This document shows positions 38,997 to 48,158 of a stretch of 64,000 bases of DNA, piece after piece (within the stretch, counting starts at the first letter, position 1; each line of letters begins with the position of its first letter). The position numbers were made by a program, and so were the translations under genes. This stretch comes from an uncultured Verrucomicrobiae bacterium (lineage in GTDB: Bacteria; Verrucomicrobiota; Verrucomicrobiia; Limisphaerales; UBA11358), in the NCBI GenBank assembly GCA_963786375.1, contig CAWAYP010000001.1, forward strand, positions 107,169-171,168, in the 5' to 3' direction. Under the pieces are notes generated by a model that saw nothing but the letters and a program-made list of their open reading frames with translations, ran no database searches and was not told the DNA's origin.

Positions 38997-39470
38997 ATGA
39001 GTGATTCCATGAAAGGCGTTCAAGGTTATCATCTCATCAAGCCGGAAGACCTCCATTGGCGGCCCTCGAACCTTATGAAAATCCCGAACGCGGATTATCT
39101 GGAGCGCACCGGGAGCGAAAACATCGGCGCACGGCTCTGGCGCCTGCCGCCCAAAAGCGCGAACACGCTGCACAAGCATATCCGTGCGGAGGAGTTTTAT
39201 TTTGTGCTGGAAGGCACGGGCCGGATGCGCGTGGGCGATGAGACGTTGACCGTGCCGCGCCACGGCGGCGTGCTGGTCGGCCCGGACCAGTTGCGCCAGG
39301 TGTTCAATGACACGGACGCCGAGGTGCTCTGGCTCATCATCGGCGCACCGGAGGAACTGGAACTCCTGCCCGGTGTAAAAAACAAGCCCGACCTTTCGCT
39401 TATTTACCCGGTTGACCCGAAGCAATTGCCCAAGGAACTCGCCGGTGTGGAGTGGCCGCCGAAGATGTAA
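38997..39470 (+). CDS. cupin domain protein
   Basis: HKHIRAEEFYFVLEGTGRMRVGDETLTVPRHGGVLV has the two-motif cupin pattern. Start trimmed to ATG 38997. Confidence 0.8.
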   Translation: MSDSMKGVQGYHLIKPEDLHWRPSNLMKIPNADYLERTGSENIGARLWRLPPKSANTLHKHIRAEEFYFVLEGTGRMRVGDETLTVPRHGGVLVGPDQLRQVFNDTDAEVLWLIIGAPEELELLPGVKNKPDLSLIYPVDPKQLPKELAGVEWPPKM

Positions 39471-39554
39471 GTTACGGCTTCAACAGTCCTGCAAAATTTG
39501 TCCGGCGTGCCAGGGCAGGAACAACGCGCGGGCCGGGCGGTTCCAGTTCCGGGA

Positions 39555-39764
39555 TTACTCCGTCTTCGGAGATTTTTTGCGGGCTGACAATAAATGCGCG
39601 CCTTTGAGCAGGCGGCAAAAATCTTTTTTGCTGGTGATGGTTTTTGTGCCAGCCTGGCGGTCGAGCCTGTCCAACGATTTGTATTCCACTTCAAGCCGTT
39701 CAAGCCGGACGACACGGACATATTGTCCGTCCTTTTTCCATACCTGACCCTGGCAGAGTTTCAC
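39555..39764 (-). CDS. small hypothetical protein
   Basis: 69-aa ORF with a GTG start and no clear SD. The sequence has a protein-like character (GQVWKKDGQYVRVVRLERLEVEYK). Weak call. Confidence 0.3.
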   Translation of the reverse strand: MKLCQGQVWKKDGQYVRVVRLERLEVEYKSLDRLDRQAGTKTITSKKDFCRLLKGAHLLSARKKSPKTE

Positions 39765-40078
39765 GGCGATGTCGTGTAGGGGAGTAATCCGTCTCTCCTG
39801 ATGTTTGTGTCAGGAGAGACAACGGGAGCGGGTTACTTCTTTTTCTTTTTGGCAACCGTTCTCTTTTTTGTTGCGCGTTTGACCTTGGATTTTTTAGCCA
39901 TAACTTTTCTTTCTACGGGTTGATTTGCCCGCGGCATGTCAATTTCTCCGAAGGCAGAAGCATCATGCGCGCCGGAGTTGCCATTGTAAATAGCTTACTC
40001 CAGATCAAAATAAAAGTTTGTCCGGGCAAAATCCAAAACTTGTTCCGGTGAGGTTCCCTGTTATGATTCACGACCTTT

Positions 40079-41682
40079 GTGAGCATCACGGAAGAAATCC
40101 AGAAGCGGCGCACGTTCGCCATCATCTCGCATCCGGACGCGGGCAAGACCACGCTCACGGAAAAGCTGCTGCTTTACGGCGGCGCGGTGCAGCTCGCCGG
40201 CTCGGTCACCGCCCGCAAGAACCAGCGCGCCACCACGTCCGACTGGATGGAACTGGAAAAGAAGCGCGGCATTTCCATCAGCTCCACGGTGCTGCAATTC
40301 GATTACAACGGCTACCGCCTCAACCTGCTCGACACGCCGGGCCACAAGGATTTTTCCGAGGACACCTACCGCGTGCTGACCGCCGTGGATTCGGTGGTGA
40401 TGGTGATTGATTCGGCCAAGGGCATCGAGCCGCAGACGCGCAAGCTGTTTGAGGTCTGCCGCCAGCGCGGCGTGCCGATTTTCACGTTCATGAACAAATG
40501 CGACCGGCCGATGAAGGACCCGCTGGCGCTGCTCGACGAACTGGAACGCGTGCTCGGCATCGGCGCGTTTCCGGTGAACTGGCCGATCGGCAACGGCTTC
40601 GAGTTTCAAGGCGTCTATGACCGGCAGACGAAGCTGATGCATCTGTTCGAGCGCACGGTCGGCGGCCAATATCGCGCGCCGGTCGCAGGTCGGCGGACTG
40701 CGATGACCCGGCGGTCCGCGGCCGGCTCGATGACGAGACGTTCCAGCGAACCGTGGAAGAACTCGAAATGCTCGAACACGCCGGTCATGACTGGGACGAC
40801 GCCGCCGTGCTCGCGGAAAAAACCACGCCGGTTTTTTTCGGCAGCGCCATCAACAATTTCGGCGTGCAGCTGTTGCTCGACGGTTTTCTGAAACATTCGC
40901 CGGCGCCGACGCCGCCGCGTGATGGGCGGCATCGAAATTTCGCCGGAACATCCGCATTTTCCGGTTTCATCTTCAAAATCCAGGCGAACATGGACCCGAA
41001 ACATCGCGACCGCATCGCGTTCGTCCGGGTTTGCTCCGGCAAATTCGAGCGCGACATGACGGTGCATCACTCGCGCTCCGAGAAAAAGGTGCGCCTGTCC
41101 AGTTCGCACAAACTGTTCGGCAACGAACGCGAGACGGTGGACGAGGCGTGTCCCGGCGACGTCATCGGCCTGGTCGGCCACGACAGTTTCGGCATCGGCG
41201 ACACGCTCACGACCGATCCCAAAATCGTTTACAAGGAAATCCCGCGTTTCACGCCGGAAGCCTTCAGCTATCTGCACAATCCGAACACGGCCAAATTCAA
41301 ACAATTTCGCCAGGGCCTCGAACAGTTGATGCAGGAAGGCGTCATCCAGGCGCTTTACCTGCGCAACTCGTCCATTAAAACGCCGCTGCTCGCCGCGGTC
41401 GGGCCGCTGCAATTCGAAGTCGTGCAATTCCGGCTCGAAAGCGAATACGGCGCGGTGTCGCGCCTTGAAGCCGCGCCGTGGACGGTCGTCCGCTGGCTGC
41501 CGGTGGACATGAAAGAGGACGACCTCGACGCCCTGTCGCTGCCGACCGGCTCACGGGTCGCCTATGACGTGGGCAAAAATCCCGTGGTGCTGTTCCCCAA
41601 CGAATGGTCGGCCGAATATTTCACCAAAACCAACAAGCGCGTGCCGCTGTCCGCTTTGCCCGTGCAGACGGCGAGGGAGTAA
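40079..41682 (+). pseudogene. prfC: peptide chain release factor 3, reading frame disrupted near 40680-40705
   Basis: The N-terminal GTPase ([31 protein letters not shown]) is in frame A (40079..). The rest of RF3 (EELEML...[13 protein letters not shown]...FKIQANMDPKHRDRIAFVRV...) is in another frame (open from at least 40660 to 41682). Confidence 0.85.
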
Positions 41683-41926
41683 ACCACGGCAATTTTTAAA
41701 GGCCACAACCAAAGGAAACAACGGAAAACCGTTCGATAGAGAGGAAGTCGTTTGGTTTAACGCAATTTACCAAAAGGCAGTTGCCTCTGGCCATGTTCCT
41801 CTACACCTCTCTGCAAAGGAGAGGCGTAACAACAAGGTCAATCCGGAGCGGTAAGATTTTTCTGGCTAAAGCCAGCCTCCGCTGGGTTTGTAAAAACATT
41901 TCGCGTGTATTCGTAGTTGAACCAAA

Positions 41927-43840
41927 ATGTCCACCATCCTCACCGCCACTGAAATCACCGTAAGCTACGGCGACCGCAAGGTGCTCGATGCCGCGACGCT
42001 CGCGATTGAGGAGGGCGACCGCATCGGACTGGTCGGACGCAACGGCTGCGGCAAGACGACGTTCCTCCGCATCCTCGCCGGGCTGCAATCGCCGGATAGC
42101 GGCGACGTTACCCGGCGGCGCGAACTGGTGGTCAGTTACCTGCCGCAGGATTTCATGCTCGATGCGGCGAAGAACGTGCTCGAAAACATCCGCGACGGGG
42201 CGAAGCCGGTGCTGGATTTGATCGCGGAGTTTGAATCGCTGCCGCACGACTCGAAGCGCCACGGGGAACTGGAACATCGCATCGCCGCACTGGAAGGCTG
42301 GACGCTGGACCGGCGCATCGAGACCGCGATGTCGCACCTGAATTGTCCCGCCGGCGACCGGCGCATGGAGACGCTTTCCGGCGGTGAGAAGCGGCGCGTG
42401 GCGATGTGCCGCGCCCTGGTCTCGGACCCCGACCTGCTGATTCTCGACGAACCGACGAACCATCTGGACCCGGAATCCATCGAGTGGGTGGCGGAATTTC
42501 TCGACGGGTTTCATGGTTCGTTCCTGGTCGTCACGCACGACCGCTATTTCCTCGACCGCGTGGCCAAGCGCATGGTGGAGTTGTCCGACGGCCGGTTTTT
42601 TTCGCACGCCGGCAATTACACCGATTACCTGCTGGACAAGGCCGAGCGCCAGGCGGCGGACGCCACCATCGAGCACAAACGCCAGATGTTCCTGAAAAAG
42701 GAACTGGCCTGGGTGCGGCAGGGGCCGCGCGCGCAACGCAGCAAACAGAAGGACCGGTTCGAGCGTTACTACGAAACCGCGGCGCAGGACGGGCCGGTGA
42801 TCGAGGAGGACGTGGAGCTGTGCATCCCGCCGCCGCCGCAACTGGGCAATCGCGTCGTTGAGTTGAGCAATCTCGGCATGGACCTGGGCGGGCGCACGCT
42901 GTTTCGCGGGTTCAATTTCACGTTCGAGAACGGCCAGCGCATCGGCGTTGCCGGGCGAAACGGCCTCGGCAAAACCACGTTGCTCAAAATCATCATCGGC
43001 CAGGTCGCGCCCACGGAGGGCACCGTGAAGACCGGCCAGCTCACCAGGTTTAATTACGTGGACCAGGGCCGGATTCAATTGCGCGAGGAACGCACCGCGC
43101 TGGAGGAGGTCAGCGACGGCACGGAATTTGTCATCTTCGGCGACAGCAAGATTTCGCTGCGCGCCTATCTCAAGCGGTTTCTGTTCGCCGACGACCGCAT
43201 CACGACCCAGGTGAAATACCTGAGCGGCGGCGAGCGCAGCCGGCTGTTGCTGGCGCGCATCCTGAAAAACGGCGGCAACTTCCTCATCCTCGACGAACCG
43301 ACGAATGATCTGGATCTGCCAACCTTGCGGGTGCTGGAGGAGGCGTTGATCGCGTTTCCGGGCACCGTGCTGGTGGTGAGCCACGACCGTTATTTCCTGA
43401 ACCGCGTCTGCACCGACATGCTGGCGTTCGAGGGGGACGGCAAAATCCATCACAGCGTCGGCGATTACGATTATTACCTGGAGAAAAAACAGCGTGCGAC
43501 CGTAGCGGCGACCCGGCAGAGCGCCGCCATCATTTCCACCAACAAGTCAGCGGCGCTCCGCCGAGTCGCCGCTACGCCAATATCCACGAAGCCCCGCAAA
43601 CTGTCATTCAAGGAAGCGCGCGAGCTGGAAGGCATGGAGGCGCAAATCCACGCCGTGGACGCGGAAATCGCGCGCATCGAGGGCCTGTTCGTGCTGCCGG
43701 ATTTTCACCGCACCCACGCGACCCAAACCAGCCAGCTTACCGCGACGCTCGCCGCCGCGAAGGAAAACCTCTCACGGCTTTACGCCCGATGGGAGGAGCT
43801 GGAGGCAATTCGCGTGGCTTCGGCGGTCCAGTCGAGTTGA
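41927..43840 (+). CDS. ABC-F family ATPase (Uup-like)
   Basis: Two ABC cassettes (GRNGCGKTT / LSGGEKRR and GRNGLGKTT / LSGGERSR), no TM domain, and a C-terminal coiled-coil tail. Confidence 0.92.
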   Translation: MSTILTATEITVSYGDRKVLDAATLAIEEGDRIGLVGRNGCGKTTFLRILAGLQSPDSGDVTRRRELVVSYLPQDFMLDAAKNVLENIRDGAKPVLDLIAEFESLPHDSKRHGELEHRIAALEGWTLDRRIETAMSHLNCPAGDRRMETLSGGEKRRVAMCRALVSDPDLLILDEPTNHLDPESIEWVAEFLDGFHGSFLVVTHDRYFLDRVAKRMVELSDGRFFSHAGNYTDYLLDKAERQAADATIEHKRQMFLKKELAWVRQGPRAQRSKQKDRFERYYETAAQDGPVIEEDVELCIPPPPQLGNRVVELSNLGMDLGGRTLFRGFNFTFENGQRIGVAGRNGLGKTTLLKIIIGQVAPTEGTVKTGQLTRFNYVDQGRIQLREERTALEEVSDGTEFVIFGDSKISLRAYLKRFLFADDRITTQVKYLSGGERSRLLLARILKNGGNFLILDEPTNDLDLPTLRVLEEALIAFPGTVLVVSHDRYFLNRVCTDMLAFEGDGKIHHSVGDYDYYLEKKQRATVAATRQSAAIISTNKSAALRRVAATPISTKPRKLSFKEARELEGMEAQIHAVDAEIARIEGLFVLPDFHRTHATQTSQLTATLAAAKENLSRLYARWEELEAIRVASAVQSS

Positions 43841-44002
43841 CCTCGTTCACCCGTTGCAAGTTGTCATCGACAAAGCATCGTTGTACGTCAAAACTCTGTG
43901 AGCCGGAAACATCATGAGAACGGGACAAGCATTGCTGGCTGCTGTTAAACAATACGCCGATGATTGTGCCGCCAACGGTTGGCGGCACAAAATCAACTTC
44001 AC

Positions 44003-45043
44003 ATGAACTCCTTCACGGTATCCCAGATTGCCGAGCGCGTCCGGGGCGAAGTGCTCGGCGACGGAGCAACGCGCCTGACCGGGTTTGCCCCGGCTGAAAC
44101 CGCCCGGGCCGGCGACCTCACCTTCGCCGACAATCAGGAACATTTCGCGGCGGCGGAACAAAGCACGGCGGCGGCGATTTTGGTGTCGGGCGGTTTCAGT
44201 TCAACGAAAAAGGTCGTGATCCGTGTGCCCAACGCACGGGTCGCGATGGCCAGATTGTTGCCCGTTTTTTTCCCGCCGGACTCGCATGCGCAAGGCATTC
44301 ATTCCAGCGCGACCATTGATCCGTCGGCCCAGGTTGACGCGACGGCGCACATCGGGCCTAACTGCGTGATAGGCGCCCGCGTGCAGATTGGCCCGCGTTC
44401 CGTATTGCTGGGCGGAAATCATGTCGGGCGCGATTCACGCCTGGGCGAAGACGTCTGCCTGTTTCCCAACGTGGTGCTTTACGCCCGGACGGTCATCGGT
44501 CATCGCGTGGTGATTCACGCCGGGACGGTGATCGGCTCCGACGGCTACGGTTATGTGTTCGACGAGGGCCGGCATCGCAAGGTGCTGCAGGTCGGCCACG
44601 TCATCATTCACGACGATGTCGAGATTGGCGCCAACGCGGCGATTGATCGCGGCGCGCTGGGCACCACCGTGATCGGCGCGGGAACGAAAATTGACAATCT
44701 CGTGCACGTGGCGCACAACGTGGTCATGGGCCGTCATTGCCTGGTCATGGGCCAGGTCGGGTTCGCCGGCAGCACACACCTCGGAGATTACGTCATCATT
44801 GCGTCGCAGTCCGGCATCGCGGGGCATTTGAAACTCGGCCAGCAAGCCATCGTCGGCGCGAAATCGGGGGTCATGCGCGACATTCCGGACGGCGGCAAAG
44901 TCCTGGGCATTCCGGCGATGCCCGACAAACAGGCAAAGCGGCAAATGATTGCGGTACAACAATTGCCGGAGATGATTCACCGCCTGCGCGAACTGGAAAA
45001 GCGGGTCGGCGAGCTGGTTGCAAAACTGGGCGCCCAGCCGTGA
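44003..45043 (+). CDS. lpxD: UDP-3-O-acylglucosamine N-acyltransferase
   Basis: N-terminal LpxD domain followed by left-handed beta-helix hexapeptide repeats ([13 protein letters not shown]..., [20 protein letters not shown]). Start trimmed to ATG 44003. Confidence 0.92.
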   Translation: MNSFTVSQIAERVRGEVLGDGATRLTGFAPAETARAGDLTFADNQEHFAAAEQSTAAAILVSGGFSSTKKVVIRVPNARVAMARLLPVFFPPDSHAQGIHSSATIDPSAQVDATAHIGPNCVIGARVQIGPRSVLLGGNHVGRDSRLGEDVCLFPNVVLYARTVIGHRVVIHAGTVIGSDGYGYVFDEGRHRKVLQVGHVIIHDDVEIGANAAIDRGALGTTVIGAGTKIDNLVHVAHNVVMGRHCLVMGQVGFAGSTHLGDYVIIASQSGIAGHLKLGQQAIVGAKSGVMRDIPDGGKVLGIPAMPDKQAKRQMIAVQQLPEMIHRLRELEKRVGELVAKLGAQP

Positions 45044-45289
45044 GCGGCGCAAGCAGACGGAGGGTAAATGGCCCAGCTGCGGCGGCGCGATTTTTGGCCA
45101 AAAAGATATTCGTGAATAACCCTTGCTATTACCCGGAAAGGTGCGACACTTTGCCTGTCTGTTAGATAGCACAGAGCTTCCACGGCATGGTGAATCCTCA
45201 AGTGAACTTGGTTCAGTGATGATTTGAAATCCGATTAACGGGAACAGTCTGGTCAAAGCAAAGTTCAGTCTAGGACAGGAAAACATCAC

Positions 45290-45637
45290 ATGAGCAATAA
45301 ATTGTTTGTCGGAAATCTATCCTTCGACATCACAGAAAACGACCTGCAGGACGCCTTCGCGGCGCACGGCACGGTCACGGAAACGAACCTGATGATGGAC
45401 CGGGCAACCGGCCGTCCGCGCGGCTTCGGTTTCGTTACCATGAGCTCGCCCGAAGAGGCGCAGAAGGCCATCGAGGCCCTGAACGGTTCGCAATTGGGCG
45501 GTCGCGCCCTCACGGTCAATGTGGCGAAACCGCGTGAAGAACGCGCGCCCGGTGGCGGTGGTCGCCGTGAATACGGCGGCGGCGGCGGTGGTCGCGGTTA
45601 TGGCGGCGGCGGCGGCGGTGGTCGCAGCCGTTACTAA
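45290..45637 (+). CDS. RRM-type RNA-binding protein with a Gly/Arg-rich tail
   Basis: RNP2 LFVGNL, RNP1 RGFGFVTM, C-terminal [28 protein letters not shown]. Confidence 0.9.
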   Translation: MSNKLFVGNLSFDITENDLQDAFAAHGTVTETNLMMDRATGRPRGFGFVTMSSPEEAQKAIEALNGSQLGGRALTVNVAKPREERAPGGGGRREYGGGGGGRGYGGGGGGGRSRY

Positions 45638-45654
45638 GCCGTTGGCATTTTCAC

Positions 45655-45692
45655 GCGGGGTTCGGGTGAACCGGACCCCGCTTTTTAATTTT
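45655..45692 (+). terminator. rho-independent terminator after the RRM gene
   Basis: GCGGGGTTCGG-gtgaa-CCGGACCCCGC followed by TTTTTAATTTTT. Confidence 0.8.
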
Positions 45693-45763
45693 TCGCTGCG
45701 TCCTGACCGCTGGTCTGCGGGATGTCGCTGTCTGTTACAGACCCGGTCGTTTCCAAGCAGCTT

Positions 45764-45979
45764 ATGAAAGAAGAACACATTGAAGTGGAAGGTCGCGTCA
45801 CCACCGTGCTCCCCGGCACGATGTTCCGGGTCGAACTCGACAACAAACATCTGGTGCTGGCGACGATCTGCGGAAAAATGCGGAAACGCTGGGTGCGCTT
45901 GACCGTCGGCGACCGCGTGAAAATGGACATGTCGCCGTACGACCTGAACAAGGCCCGCATCACCTGGCGGTTGCGATAA
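45764..45979 (+). CDS. infA: translation initiation factor IF-1
   Basis: EVEGRVTTVLPGTMFRVELDNKHLVLATICGKMRKRWVRLTVGDRVKMDMSPYDLNKARITWR. Start trimmed to ATG 45764. Confidence 0.93.
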   Translation: MKEEHIEVEGRVTTVLPGTMFRVELDNKHLVLATICGKMRKRWVRLTVGDRVKMDMSPYDLNKARITWRLR

Positions 45980-46053
45980 AAATTTCCCCGGCGGCAGCTT
46001 CTTTCAAGCCGCAAACCCGTTTTTCCCCTGCAGAATGAATCCGCTGGCCGGAT

Positions 46054-46647
46054 TCAATGCGGCGCCGGCCCGGATTCATCCACCACCCGTTCGATGCGCC
46101 GGTCGGGCACGAGCCACATCAAGGCCACCAACCCGTAAATACAGCAGGAAATCCATGGACGAACAAATGCCGTGGCAATGGCGATGATATAGAAGACGGG
46201 CGATACCTTGCCTTTGAAATCCCGGCCGATGGATTTTGCCAGCCTGGAGTCGGGGCCTTGTTGGACCACAATCACGCTCTGCAAAATGTAATAGGCGATG
46301 GCGGCGAACAACATCACCGCGCCATAAAGCGCGGTCGGTGCGGTGGTGAAATGATTTTCGCCCATCCAACCCGTGACGAATGGAAAGAGCGACAGCCAGA
46401 ACAGCAGGTGCAAATTTGCCCACATCATCGCCGCGTTCACCTTGCGCGCGGCCTTGAGCAGGTGGTGATGGTTGTTCCAGTAAATGCCGAGGTAAATAAA
46501 GCTCAGCACGTACGTCAGAAACACCGGCAACAGGGGTTTCAACACGGTGATGTCCGAGCCGGCCGGCACCCTCAATTCCAGCACCATGATGGTGATGATG
46601 ATCGCCAACACGCCGTCGCTGAAGGCTTCCAGCCGGTTCCTGTCCAT
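46054..46647 (-). CDS. TMEM175/DUF1211 family membrane protein (putative K+ channel)
   Basis: RLEAFSDGVLAIIITIMVLEL signature at the N-terminus; six-TM profile. Confidence 0.85.
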   Translation of the reverse strand: MDRNRLEAFSDGVLAIIITIMVLELRVPAGSDITVLKPLLPVFLTYVLSFIYLGIYWNNHHHLLKAARKVNAAMMWANLHLLFWLSLFPFVTGWMGENHFTTAPTALYGAVMLFAAIAYYILQSVIVVQQGPDSRLAKSIGRDFKGKVSPVFYIIAIATAFVRPWISCCIYGLVALMWLVPDRRIERVVDESGPAPH

Positions 46648-46777
46648 GTGGCAATGTTAGCCGGGAAACCGGCTGCGGCGCAATGCTGGTGGGGCGAGCG
46701 TCCTCGCAAGCCGGACTCGGCATGCCAAAGCGAAGCGACGGCGGCTCGTCAGCCGCCTCGCCCCACCTGACCCCACC

Positions 46778-47473
46778 TCAGTTCAGATCAAACAACAGCA
46801 CCTGGGCCTTGCCTTTGCCGGCCAGTTCCAGCTTCGATTCAGCCTTCAACGCCGCGGCGTCACCGCCGGCGAGCGCCTTTCCATTTAATGTCACCTCGCC
46901 TTCGGCCACGTGTACCCAGGCGTTCCGACCGGACGCGAGTTTGTGTACAACGTTCTGGCCTGCCTCAAGCCTGGCAAGCCAGAGGTCGGCGTCCTGATGG
47001 ATGGCAATGGAACCGTCACGGCCGGTTTTGCTCGTGACCAGATGCAGCTTTCCCGGTGAAGCATTGGCCAGCGACTTCTCCGCGTAACGCGGCTTTACGC
47101 CTGTTTCATCCGGCTGGATCCAGATTTGCAACAAATGCACCGGTTCAGCCCGGGACGGATTGAATTCGCTGTGTTGCACGCCCCTGCCCGCGGCCATGTA
47201 TTGCACCTCGCCCGCGCGAATCACGCGTCCGTTGCCCATCGAATCCTTGTGCGCCAGCGCGCCGCTGAGGACGTAGGTGATGATTTCCATGTCGCGATGC
47301 GGATGGGTTCCGAAGCCCATGCCCGGCGTCACCAGGTCGTCGTTGATCACGCGCAGATCACGGAAGCCCATCCATCGGGGATCATGGTAATCGGCGAAGG
47401 AAAATGTGTGATAGGTGTTCAGCCAGCCGTGGTTGGCGTGGCCCCGTTCGTTGGCTTTTCGAATCGTCATCAT
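46778..47473 (-). CDS. pirin family protein
   Basis: GFGTHPHRDMEIITYVLSGALAHKDSMGNG and the bicupin layout. Confidence 0.9.
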   Translation of the reverse strand: MMTIRKANERGHANHGWLNTYHTFSFADYHDPRWMGFRDLRVINDDLVTPGMGFGTHPHRDMEIITYVLSGALAHKDSMGNGRVIRAGEVQYMAAGRGVQHSEFNPSRAEPVHLLQIWIQPDETGVKPRYAEKSLANASPGKLHLVTSKTGRDGSIAIHQDADLWLARLEAGQNVVHKLASGRNAWVHVAEGEVTLNGKALAGGDAAALKAESKLELAGKGKAQVLLFDLN

Positions 47474-47530
47474 ATTGCCCTAAGATGCTCTTGTTTGTAA
47501 TCTTCGCAATCAGGCACCTTTGAGTGCCCA

Positions 47531-47893
47531 ATGCGCATGAATCTCAAGACTGTGGAATGCGAGGTCGAACGCCTGCTGGCCGTGATTGGCGGGAAATGGA
47601 AGGTCCTAATTTTGCGGGAGCTGTTTGGCGGCGCGCGGCGGCACGCCCAACTGTGCAAGGCGCTGCCCGGTATCAGCCAGAAGGTGCTCACCGCCCAGCT
47701 TCGCGAACTGGAACTGGACGGCGCGGTGCGGCGCAAGGACTTTGCCGCGAAACGGCCGCACGTCGAGTATTCGCTCACCCCCTTCGGCGAACGGCTGCGC
47801 GGGCTGATTCGACAAATGCACGACCTTGCCCGGCAAAATTGCGAGGTGCTCAAGCGGCGGCCGCCGGCGGGACGCTTTGAGCGGACGAACTGA
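47531..47893 (+). CDS. HxlR family transcriptional regulator
   Basis: CEVERLLAVIGGKWKVLILREL..GARRHAQLCKALPGISQKVLTAQLRELELDGAV.R......PHVEYSLTPFG. Divergent from the pirin gene. Confidence 0.85.
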   Translation: MRMNLKTVECEVERLLAVIGGKWKVLILRELFGGARRHAQLCKALPGISQKVLTAQLRELELDGAVRRKDFAAKRPHVEYSLTPFGERLRGLIRQMHDLARQNCEVLKRRPPAGRFERTN

Positions 47894-48158
47894 ATCAAAC
47901 ACGCGGCGTCCGTCATTTCATTTTAGTTTGCCCAATTTAAGGCTTGCATTTTATGCCGTGAAGGCACATAATCTTTCTGTATTTCAGAGCAAAGCATGAG
48001 GGATTTGCTCTAATCATTCTGGGAACGGAGAGTGCAGGTTTAAGCGTGAGGCAGTTTGTCAGCTGAACCCATGTAATAAGCGCCAAATCACAAAAACAAT
48101 CTCCTGGCCGGCGGGAGACCGGATGCAACCGGCCTCGGGGTTTCAAATCTCGAAACCT

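Noticed and set aside
40660-40760. Programmed ribosomal frameshift in prfC by analogy with prfB
   Set aside because: No slippery heptamer, no in-frame stop at the shift site and no SD-like stimulator were seen. Programmed frameshifting is established for RF2, not RF3. A mutation or sequencing error is more likely.
41801-43453. 550-aa minus-strand ORF
   Set aside because: Antisense to the ABC-F ATPase gene, which has two complete ABC cassettes on the plus strand.
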